The notes below the pieces were generated by a model, which saw only the letters and a list, made by a program, of their open reading frames with translations, did not search any database and was not told where the DNA came from. Made by a program: the position numbers and the translations under genes. A stretch of DNA of 64,000 bases from Tubiluchus corallicola (Eukaryota > Animalia > Priapulida): contig JAQGDQ010000293.1 of the NCBI GenBank assembly GCA_030141605.1, positions 1 through 64,000 on the forward strand, written 5' to 3'. Below, one piece after another: positions 33,990 to 45,157 of this stretch (position 1 is the first letter of the stretch; every line of letters starts with the position of its first letter).

Positions 33990-36900
33990 TATGTATTATT
34001 ACTTCTTATTCTACAATATCTTGATTAGATCTTGTTGTTGCAGCCTAGACCTTGGTTTGAGGAAAATAATCATTCCTACGAAATTTGGTAATATTTTTGC
34101 TCATGTGATATCATGGACACAAGCAAAGGCATAAATACTCGACAGACAGCGAAGAAATGTTATGAACATTCTGTCCAGGACTCGATTATTTTGATTTAAT
34201 TAAACAAATTCATTTTCATTTTAGGGTACATTTCCAAGATGGCATGCTCCACCAGGGCACAACTGGCGTAGTTACATGGTTCCATTCTTTCCAGTAGAAA
34301 CTAATGGTGCCTACTTCGCCACGTCCGACAAGTTTGGATACAGTCATGATAGCTATTGTAAGCAAGCAATATTAGTAACGGATTGCCATTTTGTAAAATT
34401 GAAATACAGCGCAAGCAAATGTAAACTGCAGTTTATTGCATTGGTCGTATTACAAATAATATTGCAGTTTTTACTACAAAAATCCTCTAATATTGTTACA
34501 ACTTATGTCCACTACATAGGATATGACCACTACATAACTAAGCCTAGGAACAAATTCGGCTGAATATCTGTGAGTTGGATACTTGGTTATGCATTAATGA
34601 ATGTTCATCAACACGTTTGGTTTCGCGCAGAAAAATCCTTGATAAAACTCGAAGCCAAAAGGGAAAGAGCCTGGACAGCTTTTCTAAAAGCAAATTTAAC
34701 AATCTGCTGCCGTTGTTTGCGGCTTTTGCAATGTTTATGAATTATCCGTCCCGTGTATAAAATGAGTGTTTCCCATCTTAGAGTGTCTGAAAAACTATCA
34801 AAAAGTTATTATATAACATATTTATTTGTTATAAAAAAGTGTAATCACAATATGTCATGATTGTCTGTTGTAAAATAGTACAAATCACAATATGTCATGA
34901 TTGTTTGTTGTAAAATAGTACAAATCACAATATGACATGATTGTTTGTTGTAAAATAGTACAAATCACAATATGACGTGATTGTTTGTTGTAAAATTATA
35001 CAAATCACAATACGTCATGAATGTTTGTTGTACAACAGTGCAAATCACAATATGACATAATTGCTTGTTGTAAAATTGTACAAATCACAATATGACATGA
35101 TTGTTTGTTGTAAAATAGTACAAATCACAATATGACATGATTGTTTGTTGTAAAATAGTACAAATCACAATATGACATGATTGTTTGTTGTATAATAGTA
35201 CAAATCACAATATGTCATGATTGTTTGTTGTAAAATAGTACAAATCACAATATGACGTGATTGTTTGTTGTAAAATAGTACAAATCACAATATGACGTGA
35301 TTGTTTGTTGTAAAATAGTACAAATGACAATATGACGTGATTGTTTGTTGTAAAATTATACAAATCACAATACGTCATGAATGTTTGTTGTACAACAGTG
35401 CAATTCACAATATGACATAATTGCTTGTTGTAAAATAGTTCAAAACACAATATGACATGATTGTTTGTTGTAAAATAGTACAAATCACAATATGTCATGA
35501 TTGTTTGTTGTATAATGGTACAAATCACAGTATGTCATGATTGTTTGTTGTAAAATAGTACAAATCACAATATGACATGATTGTTTGTTGTAAAATAGTA
35601 CAAATCACAATATGACATGATTGTTTGTTGTAAAATAGTACAAATCACAATACGTCATGAATGTTTGTTGTACAACAGTGCAAATCACAATATGACATAA
35701 TTGCTTGTTGTAAAATAGTACAAAACACAATATGACATGATTGTTTACTGTAAAACAGTAAACAATTCACAATATGACGTGATTGTTTAGTGACGTTTTT
35801 CCTATTTAACAGCCACAGCTCCTGACCAAGAAGAAAACTTGTCAGGTTCACAGAAGCAAAGTCTGAACATGAAGATGTCACAAGACGAAGGTTCTAGCTC
35901 CTCTTCTAGTAAGTGAATTTAACAGATAAAAATTTACAGTATGATTTACGCATAAATACAACAGTATGATATGGCTAAATGAATGACAAATTTCGATTAA
36001 AGCTATTGCCAATAGGACATTGGATCAGAGAGCAAAGGTGTGGGCAAAGAAATAGGTGGGAGAGCTGTTACTGAATTAAACTTTGCCCACAAGTATTAAG
36101 CCTGTTAGCTTTTTCAATCAAATAATAAAAAACTATCATTAACAAGTCACGAGGAATTATATTATAACATCTATACTATCAGGTACCTAGATAACATAAT
36201 TATCAATACTGAAATAGCACTATACTAAAACACATAGGACATAACCTGGCTAGCCCACAGGTCTAAATGTTCTAAACAGACCTGTCGTACACAGCTTAAA
36301 TACAGAAAACTAGAACACTATTAATGTAAAAGGTCATTCAGAAGCAAATAAGTACAGTAAGATTAGAGGGAAATTTAAGCTATATCAATGCTGTAACAAG
36401 CCTAAAAAAGGGAGGGAATGAGATGAAGAAATGAGCAAGAAGACCAACGTAATATTTAAGTCATGTTAATCAACGCGAAGTAATTAAGGCGAACTTCGCG
36501 ACAAAAGGTTCAAATATTCTATTATCCTGAATCATTACGTTAATTTACATAATATTGTAATATTGCGATTTTTCACGTTAAAATGGTGTTTAAAATTGTA
36601 TAATTAAGGGATTAAATCGACTTTGAAAAAAAATGATTGTGGCGGAATTACTCGCCCGAAAATTTAACATTAACAGGTGGTAATCCCTGTTTATGATTTG
36701 TAGAGTATGTAATATATTGGTATTACAATATGTAATGTAACAGGTATCACAATATATTGAGTAAAGGTAATTAATGATTAATGACAGAAACGATCGAAAA
36801 ATGACCAGAACGAGTAGATATCTGGTTTATTTAGGGGGTGTACACATGCATCCGGATTGTGCGCTAATGCTACAGGCAATAAGTTTCGTGCATTAACTTT

Positions 36901-37869
36901 TACCATAGCCATTAAGTATCAACATTTTACTGTATTGTGATAGCGGACTGCTGTCATTATGTCTTTATGGAAGTGGTGTTTCTAATGGTGACGTGAACTG
37001 TAAAATTTTTCATTGCGTTTAAAATTACATTAGGTGCGCTAAACGTTTTAACGTGATCAGACTTTAGGATCACTTTTACCTATTTACGGTAAATTTTAAG
37101 ATACTTAGCGACAGTAATTGTTTATTATTTACTTATTTATATATATTTATTTATTTATATTATCACATCTGCAACTTTGTATGTATATGTCTTTGTGTTA
37201 GTTTGTTGCCCATTTGTACGTAAGTGTATCTATTTGTGATTGTTTGTATTTATATTACTTTATTTTATCTGCACTTTTGCTTGTACATACACCGTAAAAT
37301 TGTTGATTGCATTCAAAATCACATTAGAAGAACTGAACATTTTATGTGACCAGAGCTTAATTAGCATCTCTTTCGTGTATTTATGGTAAATTTTAAACCA
37401 TTTAATTGTTACTATGTTACTATTCAATTTTTATATTATTCAATGTGCCATACTTGCTAACTTTGTATGTATACGTCTTTCTTTACTTGTATTTATATAT
37501 TTGTATATCTATTTGTGTTTGTTTGTATTTACATTATGTTTGTACATACACAAGCAAGGTGAGGATTTGTGTATCAGTTTAAAAAATGTCCAATCTAAAC
37601 CAAATAGACTATGTTTAAACTAACTAATTTACTTTGATATTTTACGCTTTCGGTTTTTGGATCATAAATTTTATTCAACAACTATCAATTTGGCTTCTCT
37701 AGGTCGCATTTGGGTGTTTGTATTTGTCGGTTTCGTTATCGTTGCCGCTGTTGCTTCCGTTACGGTTACAGGCATCAAACGAGCGAGAGCTACGCTGAGA
37801 AATCGACGTGGATACACCTACGTACCTGTTACACAAGAAGTACCTAGAACATATGGCACAGTGGGCTAG
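21669..37869 (+). CDS. tyr: Tyrosinase-like protein copy 2, 11 exons, 558 aa: join(21669..21843,23220..23370,25071..25247,26220..26396,28100..28216,29050..29183,30224..30438,33023..33157,34225..34357,35813..35908,37703..37869)
   Basis: Exons 2-11 have the same lengths and phases as copy 1; exon 1 is 6 nt longer. Intact CuA/CuB His; no internal stops seen; total 1677 nt. Confidence 0.93.
22150..22703 (+). mobile_element. degenerate non-LTR retrotransposon 3' fragment
   Basis: WNCAYRKIF..ESVK..RKLGFF resembles a LINE ORF2 C-terminus; ends in AATAAA plus a (TAA)n-like tail. Confidence 0.55.
23220..23370 (+). CDS. tyr: tyrosinase copy 2 exon 2
   Basis: CGGPNRGSC..EDRYSWP..CYCNKNYYG; 151 nt. Confidence 0.9.
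24210..24568 (+). mobile_element. solo LTR with 5-bp TSD
   Basis: TGTTGTG...CACAACA termini, ATATG on both sides, internal TATA and AATAAA; second copy at 54985. Confidence 0.9.
25071..25247 (+). CDS. tyr: tyrosinase copy 2 exon 3
   Basis: YDCSQCKFGYTGRNCD..; 177 nt. Confidence 0.92.
25432..25872. repeat. (AGGT)n/(AGGC)n microsatellite, partly degenerate
   Basis: Direct inspection. Confidence 0.95.
26220..26396 (+). CDS. tyr: tyrosinase copy 2 exon 4 (CuA)
   Basis: YLHYYAAR..DYAHFGPGFPSWHR; 177 nt. Confidence 0.93.
26559..26745. repeat. 33-bp tandem repeat, ~5.7 copies
   Basis: Unit CTGAAAAGGTGCTTCTATAAAGTACTAATGGCA. Confidence 0.95.
27460..28010 (+). mobile_element. LINE (L2/Crack/CR1-group-like) 3' fragment; ends approximate
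   Basis: Frame reads RTNTHYGTNSAIKQAILLWNSLPIQVKQIKSLSAFKTKLKSLI, a typical ORF2 C-terminus; AATAAA near 28003. Confidence 0.7.
28100..28216 (+). CDS. tyr: tyrosinase copy 2 exon 5
   Basis: LFLLKMERVLQ..IPYWDW..CSVCTN; 117 nt. Confidence 0.93.
28820..28920. repeat. (TA)n microsatellite
   Basis: Direct inspection. Confidence 0.95.
29050..29183 (+). CDS. tyr: tyrosinase copy 2 exon 6
   Basis: YFGENNEHGFLSKQSEFADFELIC..; 134 nt. Confidence 0.9.
30224..30438 (+). CDS. tyr: tyrosinase copy 2 exon 7
   Basis: LPTLEDALVCMDLPVYDNPPY..FRNCLDGF..MHGQ; 215 nt. Confidence 0.92.
30515..31041. mobile_element. inverted pair of Penelope-like terminal repeats
   Basis: Arms ~30515-30693 and ~30865-31041 are reverse complements; each carries a hammerhead-like core. 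Confidence 0.6.
30578..30617 (-). ncRNA. minimal type-I hammerhead ribozyme-like motif
   Basis: Minus strand CCA-CTGATGA-T-GACAG-CAGTAGT-CTGTC-GAAA-CGTT-TGG: conserved core, 5-bp stem II, 3-bp stem I, palindromic AACGTT in place of stem III. Confidence 0.55.
31263..31840 (+). mobile_element. TTAA-flanked non-autonomous DNA transposon, family A (Kolobok-like), 3' end eroded
   Basis: Starts TTAA|AGGAAAACAGGA; aligns with the copies at 45158, 47263 and 49446. Confidence 0.75.
32337..32733. mobile_element. PIF/Harbinger-like MITE with internal ~35-39-bp tandem repeats
   Basis: ~35-bp TIRs TGGCGCGTTCAGGCGTGGAGACTTCTTTCACAACT / AGTTGCGAGAGAAGTCTCTACGTCTGGACGCGCCA; flanks TAG and TAA. Confidence 0.8.
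33023..33157 (+). CDS. tyr: tyrosinase copy 2 exon 8 (CuB)
   Basis: VHAYFTDAMEDLAESANDPIFYSHHSNVDRLFEAWLR; 135 nt. Confidence 0.93.
33245..33383 (+). repeat. SINE 3' tail remnant followed by (ATC)n
   Basis: TTGAAATAAGTATTGAG..TTATCCCTGGACTA matches the tail of the SINE at 45608-45651. Confidence 0.6.
33825..33990. repeat. (ACC)n/(ATC)n microsatellite
   Basis: Direct inspection. Confidence 0.9.
34225..34357 (+). CDS. tyr: tyrosinase copy 2 exon 9
   Basis: GTFPRWHAPPGHNWRSYMVPFFP..; 133 nt. Confidence 0.92.
34843..35788. repeat. 40-bp minisatellite, ~23-24 copies
   Basis: Unit CAAATCACAATATGACATGATTGTTTGTTGTAAAATAGTA; a variant dimer recurs at 35001, 35361 and 35641. Confidence 0.97.
35813..35908 (+). 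CDS. tyr: tyrosinase copy 2 exon 10 (stalk)
   Basis: TAPDQEENLSGSQKQSLNMKMSQDEGSSSSS; 96 nt. Confidence 0.8.
37703..37869 (+). CDS. tyr: tyrosinase copy 2 exon 11 (TM and tail)
   Basis: RIWVFVFVGFVIVAAVASVTVTGI KRAR..YTYVPV..TYGTVG stop. Confidence 0.88.
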
Positions 37870-39821
37870 ACAGAAGTAGTAGTATTCTTTGCATACATTA
37901 CTGCGCTTGAAATCTTTGTGAAGTGTTTGTTAGCAAAATTTTAAGCTGCTTACAAAGCGTTGAAGACTTAGTATCAAATGGAATACAATGTGGTGTCAAA
38001 GGTCAGTCTTCAGCTGCTGGAACTGGTTTGGTTTTTTAATAGTTAATAAGTATTAATTATTTTATAATACTTTATGACTGTTGTAAAGTATGCAAGTGTA
38101 CAAAATATTAAGTTTGTAAACAAACAGTTTAATGACAGGTTGCTAAAGTACGTTATTTAAAAAATTACAAACGCAAAAACTACATTATATTTTCGGCTTT
38201 TGTTTAATATTAGTTGAGTAACAGTCTCCGACTACGCGATAAAAACAGTAAATTTTAAAAACTGATTTGTTAAATTTTAAATTTTTAAATATAATGTGAC
38301 AATAGCAGCTATGGGGAACTAGCTTTTAAGCGCAGTTTTTCATTGCATCTCATACCTTTCCAAGACAGGAAAGCATAACATTCAAGCAAAATAGTCGAAT
38401 AATACATAGAAAGAACATCTAATGTTCTAAATTACCTGCTTGGGCTTAGCAAGTTAAGGTATAGTCACAATTGTAAGTTACGGATCATTAAATTTTATAT
38501 ATTTTGGCACACTGTAAGTCATACCTAGTAAGAGAACCATAACACGTAGCGGAATCTAACCTTAGCCACAATCAGAGGTGTACACTCTGTCAAAGAAAAA
38601 GACAGAGACAGGTAAGCATATGAAACCACCCAGAGAGAATCTTCTGATGGTCATCTATTTAGTTGATAACTATGTAGATGCTGCTTAACTATAGCACCCA
38701 GTGTCACACCATGACAACTTTGCTTTTTTCTAGCCATTAAAATTGTGAAAAAATCTGACATTTGTTCTGACAATAGATGGCAGTGTCATACATAGTAAAT
38801 ACGTAGAGACCCTAGCAATGGCAAATTAGATTATGCACAACAAAGTGTTTACCATGACCATATTGATACTTGCTAAAATTATTATTGACTTTACAGACGC
38901 TCTTTGTACATTTTATAACTTTTGAACGATTCTTTTTTTGACTATTTCAATCTATGGCGTGACTGCCAATTTTATTGTCCGGCTAAATTGGACCACGTCC
39001 AAAGAGTATAGAGTAAAAAACCTCTTGAACACTGTCAGAAATTACAGTTTACGTCACACTATATTGTTACGGGGGCGAAATGCCTTTAATTTTCGACCCC
39101 CCCTACATTGTGATGGGTTGATCCATTACGAAGCCATTGCAGATTAGCATTGCGTAGCAGCTATAAGTAGCTGGTATGAAATGCTTCGTCGGTTCAGTCC
39201 GCAGACGGACAGGTGCGCTTACCACCTGTCACGGATACAAGAAAACATCTTAGGTTGCATAGTTGTTTATTCCAAACAAAAAAAAAACAAATTTAAAGCA
39301 AGTGTGCTATTGTCTGACATACTGAAACTTACAATATGAAAATGAAGCTGTCGTAATGGAAATACAATATTAAAAAGTACAGAAAGTAATATATTCTGTA
39401 GCACAAATGAACTGAAACCTTTTCTAGACTAATTACATTTTTACCAAAAATTCTAATTACGTTTCAAGTTATTAAACATCAAGTTCAAATTACTTAACTA
39501 AATATAATTATTACTTACATCATTGCCCCAGTCTTGAGACGAACAAGTTAAGGTTCAGGTACACTAACAGTAGGAAATCAAATAACTAGCAAAAAAAACC
39601 AATGTAAATACATTCTCACACACTATTGACAACCAAAACGTTCCCGTACACTCAAACCGTCTATAATACCTGCTGTTTAAAACCCATTGAGCCACTGAAC
39701 CAAGACAAATGGCGCGAAATCTGAAGCCGCGAAAATCATTGACAAACGATACGTAATCCTAAGGCACGAAATTTACTGACATGTCTGTTACACCACCTAA
39801 GGACCTGTTCCGCAGTCATGA

Positions 39822-40061
39822 TCAGCATTTATAACGCAGAAAAATATGCTGGCTAGTTTTCATTTTCATCTTGATTTTCTGTTTACATTTATTCTCTATT
39901 TTCTCATCTACAAAATTTGTCTGCAACATGGTTTGGCTGATCCAGATTTGAACCCTGGACCTCTTGGTCGCCTCCGCAACAATATTGGACTGAATACGAC
40001 TCAGGGGGTCGAACTCCAAGATGGCATGGCGGTCTTGATATTGCGCATCATGAAGTTCCAT
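39822..40061 (-). CDS. candidate small intronless protein (79 aa), no recognised domain
   Basis: Start context ATAAAATGG; TATAAAAG about 220 nt upstream; AATAAA about 550 nt downstream (39266-39271). No homology recognised. Confidence 0.4.
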   Translation of the reverse strand: MELHDAQYQDRHAILEFDPLSRIQSNIVAEATKRSRVQIWISQTMLQTNFVDEKIENKCKQKIKMKMKTSQHIFLRYKC

Positions 40062-40238
40062 TTTATAATCGTTGTATAACTGATGTACTCAAATACAAAT
40101 GCTAATTTTAATTAATTAAAATACACAAAAACTACACTGTACGGATTTTATTAACAGCATTAATAAAAATAAGGAACCAAAATGCACGTGCACAAAAAAA
40201 TAACTAACTAACTCAGTAACAGCACTACACCCGAGGAG

Positions 40239-40424
40239 CACCTGTGTCAGAAATCAAGGCTGTAGTGGACTCTACACGCTTTTATACTGGCATTCCAGGT
40301 CAGCTGGCTTCTCACACCACGTGTAGGCCTAAACAAGACGTCTGGGCCTACAAGAAACGGGTGAGTCGCTGCTGACGTGGAAGCAGGGCGTGTAGAGGGC
40401 CCTACACCTGACCCGACACAGGTG
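40239..40424 (-). promoter_or_regulatory. TATA promoter with E-box and CSL/Su(H)-like cluster
   Basis: TATAAAAG (40279-40286, minus), CAGCTG 40301, TGTGAGAA 40309-40316 (minus), CACGTG 40318, CAGGTG/CACCTG at 40239, 40405 and 40419. Confidence 0.55.
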
Positions 40425-40630
40425 CCTCCGTAACAATATATTAGGCTCGTCAGCAGTCGAATAACTAATTTAGACTGGAATACATGCATTATTAATAGTG
40501 TCTTCATAGATTATCATGCTTATAACAGATAGATGATTTATGGACGTAATTTATGTTCGCCGATGACATGGCCTTACTAACTACTTTCTTCTTAATAACA
40601 ATAACCAAGAATGATCAGTACGCACGGACC

Positions 40631-40710
40631 TGCGCATGCGCGCCTGTGCACCTGTCTGACGTCATCCACAACATTCTCCCCGCGCCAGAAATCGCGGGGA
40701 TATACAAGGA
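40631..40710. promoter_or_regulatory. CpG-rich promoter-like module (NRF1, CRE, E2F-like)
   Basis: TGCGCATGCGCG 40631, CACCTG 40649, TGACGTCA 40657 and TCCCCGCGCCA 40677, all within 60 bp. Confidence 0.55.
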
Positions 40711-40963
40711 AGCCTCGTAGAGCGTAATTGACTTTAGCAGCTTTTTATTGTGAGTGATTGGAAGGTTGACATTTTCGCGAAGAAGTAAGAAAGGCAGTTG
40801 ATATTACAAAATCGTCTCGAAGGAACTACTTTTCCCGGTTTAATAAAAGATTCAACGATCTTCGCTGCAACGTTGTTCGCATTTATTTCTGTGCTTCTGT
40901 GTTACGATTTCAAATAGTTTACATTGATTTGATTGCCGAAACGAAAACATATAGGTAAATATG

Positions 40964-41200
40964 ATCCCTATTTATTAATATAAATAGTGTTTTTGCTGGT
41001 TTGTCGAGCTTTCGCTGATTTAATAATAATTTTGGTAGAGGTAAATATTTGCTATTAACATTTTTAGCTGTGTAACGCTGCTTCGATTCCTATTTATTAG
41101 AATAAATGGAGCTTTCGCTTGTTTGTGGAGCTTTCACTGATTTAATAATAATTTTGGTAAAGGTAAAATAATTACAGTTAACATTTTTGGTTGCGTAAAT
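40964..41200. repeat. ~120-bp tandem duplication
   Basis: CCTATTTATTA..GAGCTTTC.CTGATTTAATAATAATTTTGGTA.AGGTAAA occurs twice. Confidence 0.8.
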
Positions 41201-43589
41201 TGCTTTCTTTTAACAAATGGTAAACAAGATAAAATACAGGTAGGAATAACACATAAAGATCAATTGCAGAAAAGCCTACAAGGCCCCTTTTTATAATGTA
41301 TGGTGCTTTAAGAAAGTACTTTCAACATGGGTGTCGCCATCTTTGAGGATTATTACTGTACTAACAGAAGCTAATGGAGCATTAAGCTTGATATACATCA
41401 CTTTGAGATCACTTTGACGCCTGGCTGGTGATAGTTCAAATTACTTATTATCAAGGTTATTCAATGGTTTGACAACGATGCCCTGACAACTAAAGTGTTT
41501 TCGTAACATTCCAGACAGACAGAGCAAACTAGAATTTAAAATCGCATTAAATTTAATTACTCCTGGTTTCTTCAATCTGTTTTACAGCTTTTTGAGAATG
41601 CGCGGAGACGTATGAATCCCCCAGAGGTGCGTGAAACCGTTTCAGTAAGACATGTGGCGCCGTGAGAATTGGTCTGGAACAGGGTGCAAGCGCAGTTGAT
41701 GAATAAACAGACGTTTAATATTTTGCTATATAATTTACGATCGGCGATCAACAGCTCAGATTGGCAGGGTCTTCTACTAGTATTCAATGATTGCGGCAAG
41801 ACCAGTACCTAACTCATTATCAAGGATAATCTTATTAGACGAGTCATACGAGACACTGAATAAGCGGAGGTGTGCTAGCCAAATTCAGATGTATGTATAC
41901 ATTCTTCCTCAGAGCAAGAACGTGTTGAAGGCGGTATTGCGAGGTTGCATGGTTGACTACGAGGTAGTATGGCTGTCCAGTGTCCATCCCTCCAAGCAGA
42001 AATTCCCCTCTCAAACAGTTTTGGCAGTGATATACCTATTGAATAACTCACATACAAACGCATATAGATATAGCGTAATACCTAAAGAGGACTGTATACC
42101 TATAATCATTTCAAATAGCTTTAGTGTTTTGCTGTTATTTCTTCTTTATACAGAGTTAAGAGGCGTTATGCAGCATGAGATGATATGCGGATGCGTTTTC
42201 GAAAGAGGAATAACTGCGGAAAAAAATCAATGGGAAATAGCTGCAGAAAAGAATAACGCATACACGGCTGTTTAAATGGGTGTATTGAAAACAATATAAA
42301 CCGATTTTATCCATTCCGCACCCCCAAAACGCATCCGCAAAAGCATGCTACATGAACGCCACTTTTGGCTCCTGGATGTATGCGTGTATGTACAAAGTTT
42401 TGTTTGGTTTTGTGTACTTTCTCATTTGCTTCCTCTGGTCTTACTGAAAAGATGCTTTATCCTGATAATTATCCTGTCAAAAATCACTTGATTGTGGCAT
42501 CAAAATTCAATTTAAGCACACTGAAGTTCAAATACAAATATCACCCAAAAATATTTTCAAAGCAATTTAACTATGTATGTTGAAAAAATTCTACCAAATT
42601 TTTCCCAAATTTACAAGTAACATTATCAGCATCTGATGCTTGCAGGTTAGCTATTATTAATTCATGCCGCGTATTCAATCTAAATTACGCATATTTAAAC
42701 GCTTTTAAATATTTTTCTAAATGGCATCTGAACTGAATCTGTTTTTAAAACGAGATTGAGAAGTCGGTTACAAAGAGGACGCACTAATGGCAGAATTGTA
42801 AATTTGCAGAACTGCAAGTAACTGCGCCTTAGAAAATTGAAGCTGATACACTTTTAGGAGAACGCCAATCAATCATTGTTGATTACAGATTGAAGCTGAA
42901 AGTTAAAGTGCTTCGCCTTAATCTTTCATAAAAGTGGCTATAATGTTAGATTTAGACAAAGAACCAATTATATAACAGTAGGCCTTAAGTGCCTTGTCAG
43001 TAATATGTACAAAAACACATATACCAAGAATATGAGGCAAAGGAAAGCAATAGGCAAATAGCTAAGTATAAGGAACCCCAAAGGTAACGACCAAAGGTAA
43101 GCAACCCCAAGGCTAGTCAGAGGATGGATAAATGACCATTTTGTTCAAGTGATTTAAGCTGTCTCATTCGTCTTGCTGATTCTGGCTGTTTACTTCATTT
43201 GTAGAATGTACTAATATCCGAACTGTGCATTCACATCCGAACTGAAAATGTAGGACAAATAGAGAAATAAGAAGAAAATTTGTTACGCTGATACACGAGT
43301 GCCGTCAACAAGTTGCCATTATAATTATTATTTTTCTATATGCAACTTTTGACATCACCTGGCAGCCTGGCAGATAAAGTCTAGGAGGACAAATTCAAAC
43401 ACTTCCTCAGACAGGAACACTTCCTAAGAGGGAAACTTTGGAAATCATTGGGAGAACTCTGAACTGACTGGGTCAACAAGATTGATTTGCATACACGCAT
43501 GGCTTCATTAGTGGTTTCTTCACAGTAAAATCACGTTCTGAAAACTACGTGATCTAATCAGACAATGCCCGTGTATTGGTATATGGAAA

Positions 43590-44505
43590 ATTTTGCGAAA
43601 TAATAACCAATTTTAGATAAGGTAAAGTAGCGTCAGAAAGCGTCAAGGAGCGTCAAGTAAACGTCAAGTAGCGTCGAATGACAAAGTAAAACGAGCGTCA
43701 AGAAGCTGCAAAAGGTTAAATATCGCCAATCAGAGTCAAGGATTTTGGACTCTAGTGAGTGGCGTATGCAGTGTTGTATACCGAGAAATCCACACCGCTT
43801 AAAGGGTTGGAAAGGTATTTTTAAAAATATGTCTCTAAAAACTTTCTATAAAAAGCTATATAGCATTACCCTTACTTGTAAGAAAGTCTTGTGTAAATAG
43901 AAAAGAAGATTCTTAATAATTTAAAATATTCACGCCAACTGGAAATCGTCACTTATTCACCGTTCCAGTGTGCACCACTGATTCACTAACGTATTTTAAA
44001 TCTTATTAACAATTTAAAGTAATTTATAACTTTGCTTAGCTAATGAAGTGTGCACCACGAATGCTGTGATTATGTTTTCAAACTTTAGGCAATTTCAAAC
44101 AAACGTTGTTTAGGTTGTTTCAAACGACTTACCGTCAAAATGGGTGCGCCTAGCGGTCATCGCGAAGTTTTCAAGCGTTGCTGCTTACACAAGCTTTGTG
44201 CACAATAAGGCAGTATGTAAGTGATAAAAAATTCCAATTTTTTAGCTTTGTGTAAGTGGAGGTTTTCTTGTGCTTTAATGTTTTTCCACCAATGACGTCA
44301 TTTAAAATTTCTTTGACGCTTGAAGATAGTTTTAACACTAATATCATCACTTTACACTCTGATACTAATATTCACGCTACTTGACACGTTTGACGTTTTT
44401 CCTCGACGTTCCTTGACGCTTCTACGCTCCTTGACGCACCCTACGATAATTTCCAGGTTTACTAGTCCGAGTAGTCCTTTTCCCCGAAAGCTTTATTATT
44501 TCTGC
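43590..44505. mobile_element. foldback/MITE with subterminal AGCGTCAAG repeats, interrupted by a family B element
   Basis: CGTCAAG arrays at 43630-43700 and inverted TTGACG arrays at 44310-44440. Confidence 0.55.
43803..44274 (+). mobile_element. TTAA-flanked non-autonomous DNA transposon, family B (Kolobok-like)
   Basis: TTAA|AGG...TTTTCTTGTGCT|TTAA; aligns with 51050-51377. Confidence 0.65.
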
Positions 44506-45157
44506 AAATAGCAGTCAATTCTAGTAAACCAAACCATAATATTGTCCTAAATGTCACTTTAAGAGTTTTGCAAAATTCGCTATCCTTACTAGCAGTTTTT
44601 CCCTAGGTTCTATTATTGTACATCATTAGGGAACTTGAGCGAACTAATCAGTGTTGAAGATTTCTGAAAACTCTTCACCATCTTTACGTTTTACGATAAT
44701 TTGCAGCCCAGTTCGTGCTTCTGGCGGTGTTTGATCCATTTAGATTCAATGGCGACACCCACATTCATTCGTTGCTAATTTTCATTTTCCTTCGTTTTAT
44801 TATGCTTTTATCTGGAGACGTTTCAAGGAAAACCAGATTTGGGGATGGTGTCATAATGAAATTTTACTACCAATAAAATGTTGCCTTAGTCATTGTGTAC
44901 GTTTATTATGTTCACAGCTTTCTGCAACAATTTTAGTTAGGAAAGAATTCCAACAATTTTGGGCACCTATTTTCAATGTTTTATTTCGAAATCATTTGTT
45001 AAAAACCACAATTAGGCAACAAAATACCAAGAGATATTCGAGTTCATATACAAGGAACGCCTAGCAAACTTGAAATTTCATGTGGTGACTTGACAACCAT
45101 ATTATATTAATTTTATTTTTATTTTTATCGAGGCAGTATGAATAGCTGATCCATTGA

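Noticed and set aside
39760-39780. miR-124 gene (TAAGGCACG on +)
   Set aside because: Only 9 nt match the mature miRNA and I see no precursor hairpin; better read as a target site on the minus strand
39940-39975. tRNA-like B-box GAGGTCCAGGGTTCAAATC on the minus strand inside the 79-aa ORF
   Set aside because: No A-box or cloverleaf can be built; still a caveat that the ORF could include SINE-derived sequence
41787-42275. 162-aa ORF
   Set aside because: No recognisable motif, no clear splice or codon signal
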